Positions 62,545 to 64,000 of a stretch of 64,000 bases of DNA are shown piece by piece; position 1 is the first letter of the stretch, and every line of letters begins with the position of its first letter. Position numbers and translations under genes: made by a program. The notes under the pieces were generated by a model. The model was given only the letters and a program-made list of their open reading frames with translations. It had not been told where the DNA came from and searched no databases. Source of the stretch: an uncultured Chroococcidiopsis sp. (GTDB lineage: Bacteria > Cyanobacteriota > Cyanobacteriia > Cyanobacteriales > Chroococcidiopsidaceae); NCBI GenBank assembly GCA_964248365.1, contig CAXTYC010000005.1, positions 109,531 through 173,530 of the forward strand, in the 5' to 3' direction.

Positions 62545-63515
62545 ATGCAACTGAATTTTGCTAAGGGCTTTTTGTTGCTAATTACTCCTATAGCACCTCT
62601 TGCTTTAGTATCTACACCTCTTCATGCTGCTACTTTAGGAACTTCCAAGTCAACCGTAAATCTCAATAATTTTAGTCACAATCCCTTAGATGTTTCAACT
62701 CTTACTGACAATTTCACTGATACATTGGCAACAAATGGCTTCGTTAATGCTAAGGCAGATGCTGTAGCAACTTTTCTCACTAATAACACCCCACCATCTG
62801 CTAATAATTCATCTTTCAGTGACATTAATGGCAACGGTAACGAATATTTTGGTTCAGCAGAAATACAGCCGCTGTTATCGGTTATGATTTCCTTGTCAAC
62901 AAAGATGAAACTTTCTCTTTCAGTTTCGACGCTGCTTTAAATTCGGCAACATCAATAGACAATCCCCAAAGCGAAGCCGCCAATGCTGGTGGTACTATAA
63001 CTTTAGAGCTATATGACACTACTGATCAAGATAATTGGTTAGACCTCTTGCAAAAGTATCTTTTGCAAGGTAGGGGAAAGGGACTTGGGACTCGGGAAAA
63101 GGTAAATTTCTACCCAAGTTCCGAGTCCCTAAAACCAGCGTCCCCCGATCTAGTAAGAAGTCCGTTGTACTTAGATTCCTTCACGCTAGAGGGAAGTTTA
63201 ACAACAAGGGGTGACAACGATTATCTTAATTATGATAAGAGTAACAGCATTAATTTAAATCCAAATCAACCTGTTCTTGACACTACTTTTGGAGATAATC
63301 AAGAAAGTGCTAAAGGCAAGTTTCAGGGTGGTTTTTCTCGTACCTTTGATGACTTAACTAGTCTAACTTTAGTAAAATCTAAAAACAATCAGGCTTCTGT
63401 TAGTGTTCCTGAACCTTCAAGCTTTTTGGGTTTACTTTTAGGTATCATAGGCATAGGATATAGAATCACGAGTAAAGCTGTTAGCTCAAAATTAGCCGTG
63501 AAATTAAAACAGTAA
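62545..63515 (+). pseudogene. Frameshifted PEP-CTERM sorting-domain protein
   Basis: Signal peptide MQLNFAKG...; frame change near 62863; the second frame stays open to SVPEPSSFLGLLLGIIGIG and a basic tail; repeat insert at about 63040-63165. Confidence 0.8.
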
Positions 63516-64000
63516 CTATGTAGAAATAAATTGTTCTGGGCTGCTATCTAGGAACGATTTTCTAGAAATGATTTTGGCAAGCCGCTCTTAGGAATTTTCC
63601 CTAGCAAATATCTTTGAATAATAGTAGATTAGATAACATTATAATTTAGTAAATGTACGTGTTAAATAAGTATTAAGATAGCTTTTTATACCCATAAACT
63701 ACTGAGGTAGCTGTCCTTTGTCTATAGTCAATGACAAATGACGTAGGGCAACGCGAGCACCCGTTGGGTATGACAACAAAACGCAGTATTTCATAACTGT
63801 AATGGGATTACGATATTAGCGTTTTAAACTTGAACACTAATTAGATAAAAGTAATAAAATATATAGTTCATGTGTGGTAAAGCAATTTTATTTCACTCAA
63901 CCTTATTATGGACGGCTGAAATTACTTCTATTATGTAGCACTACTCTTAGCAATTCTAGATAAAATGGCTTGGCAGATGTTTGTCAGTAAACACTCCTAG

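Overview
Chromosomal 64-kb window from a cyanobacterium. It is dense in HIP1 (GCGATCGC) and heptameric short tandem repeats, and carries ndhH, HCP/CTDH carotenoproteins and cyanobacteriochrome GAF domains. No rRNA, tRNA, CRISPR array or intact transposase was recognised. Housekeeping genes (queG, rsmH, ndhH, leuC, pepP, an M16 peptidase pair, a HerA-like ATPase, GH116) are interleaved with two unusual signalling loci. Locus 1 (1.2-6.7 kb) is the best candidate for an undescribed system. It has a membrane-anchored TRAFAC-type GTPase-TM-TPR gene and a co-oriented gene fusing a GAP1-N2-like domain, a TM helix and a PstS-like binding domain; a divergent gene encodes a two-GAF cyanobacteriochrome with no output domain. 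Locus 2 (10.6-24.8 kb) is a two-component cluster with a tandem CheB-CheB protein and a CheR-PAS-coiled-coil protein but no MCP, CheA or CheW. At least eight proteins carry in-frame insertions of intergenic repeat DNA. A MidA/NDUFAF7-type methyltransferase sits directly after ndhH. Two small membrane ORFs are missing from the ORF track. Gene relics include a deletion fusing sbtA to an sbtB-like tail, a VIT1 tail, a filamentous-haemagglutinin remnant and a frameshifted PEP-CTERM gene. All family calls come from motif recognition by eye; no database search was run.
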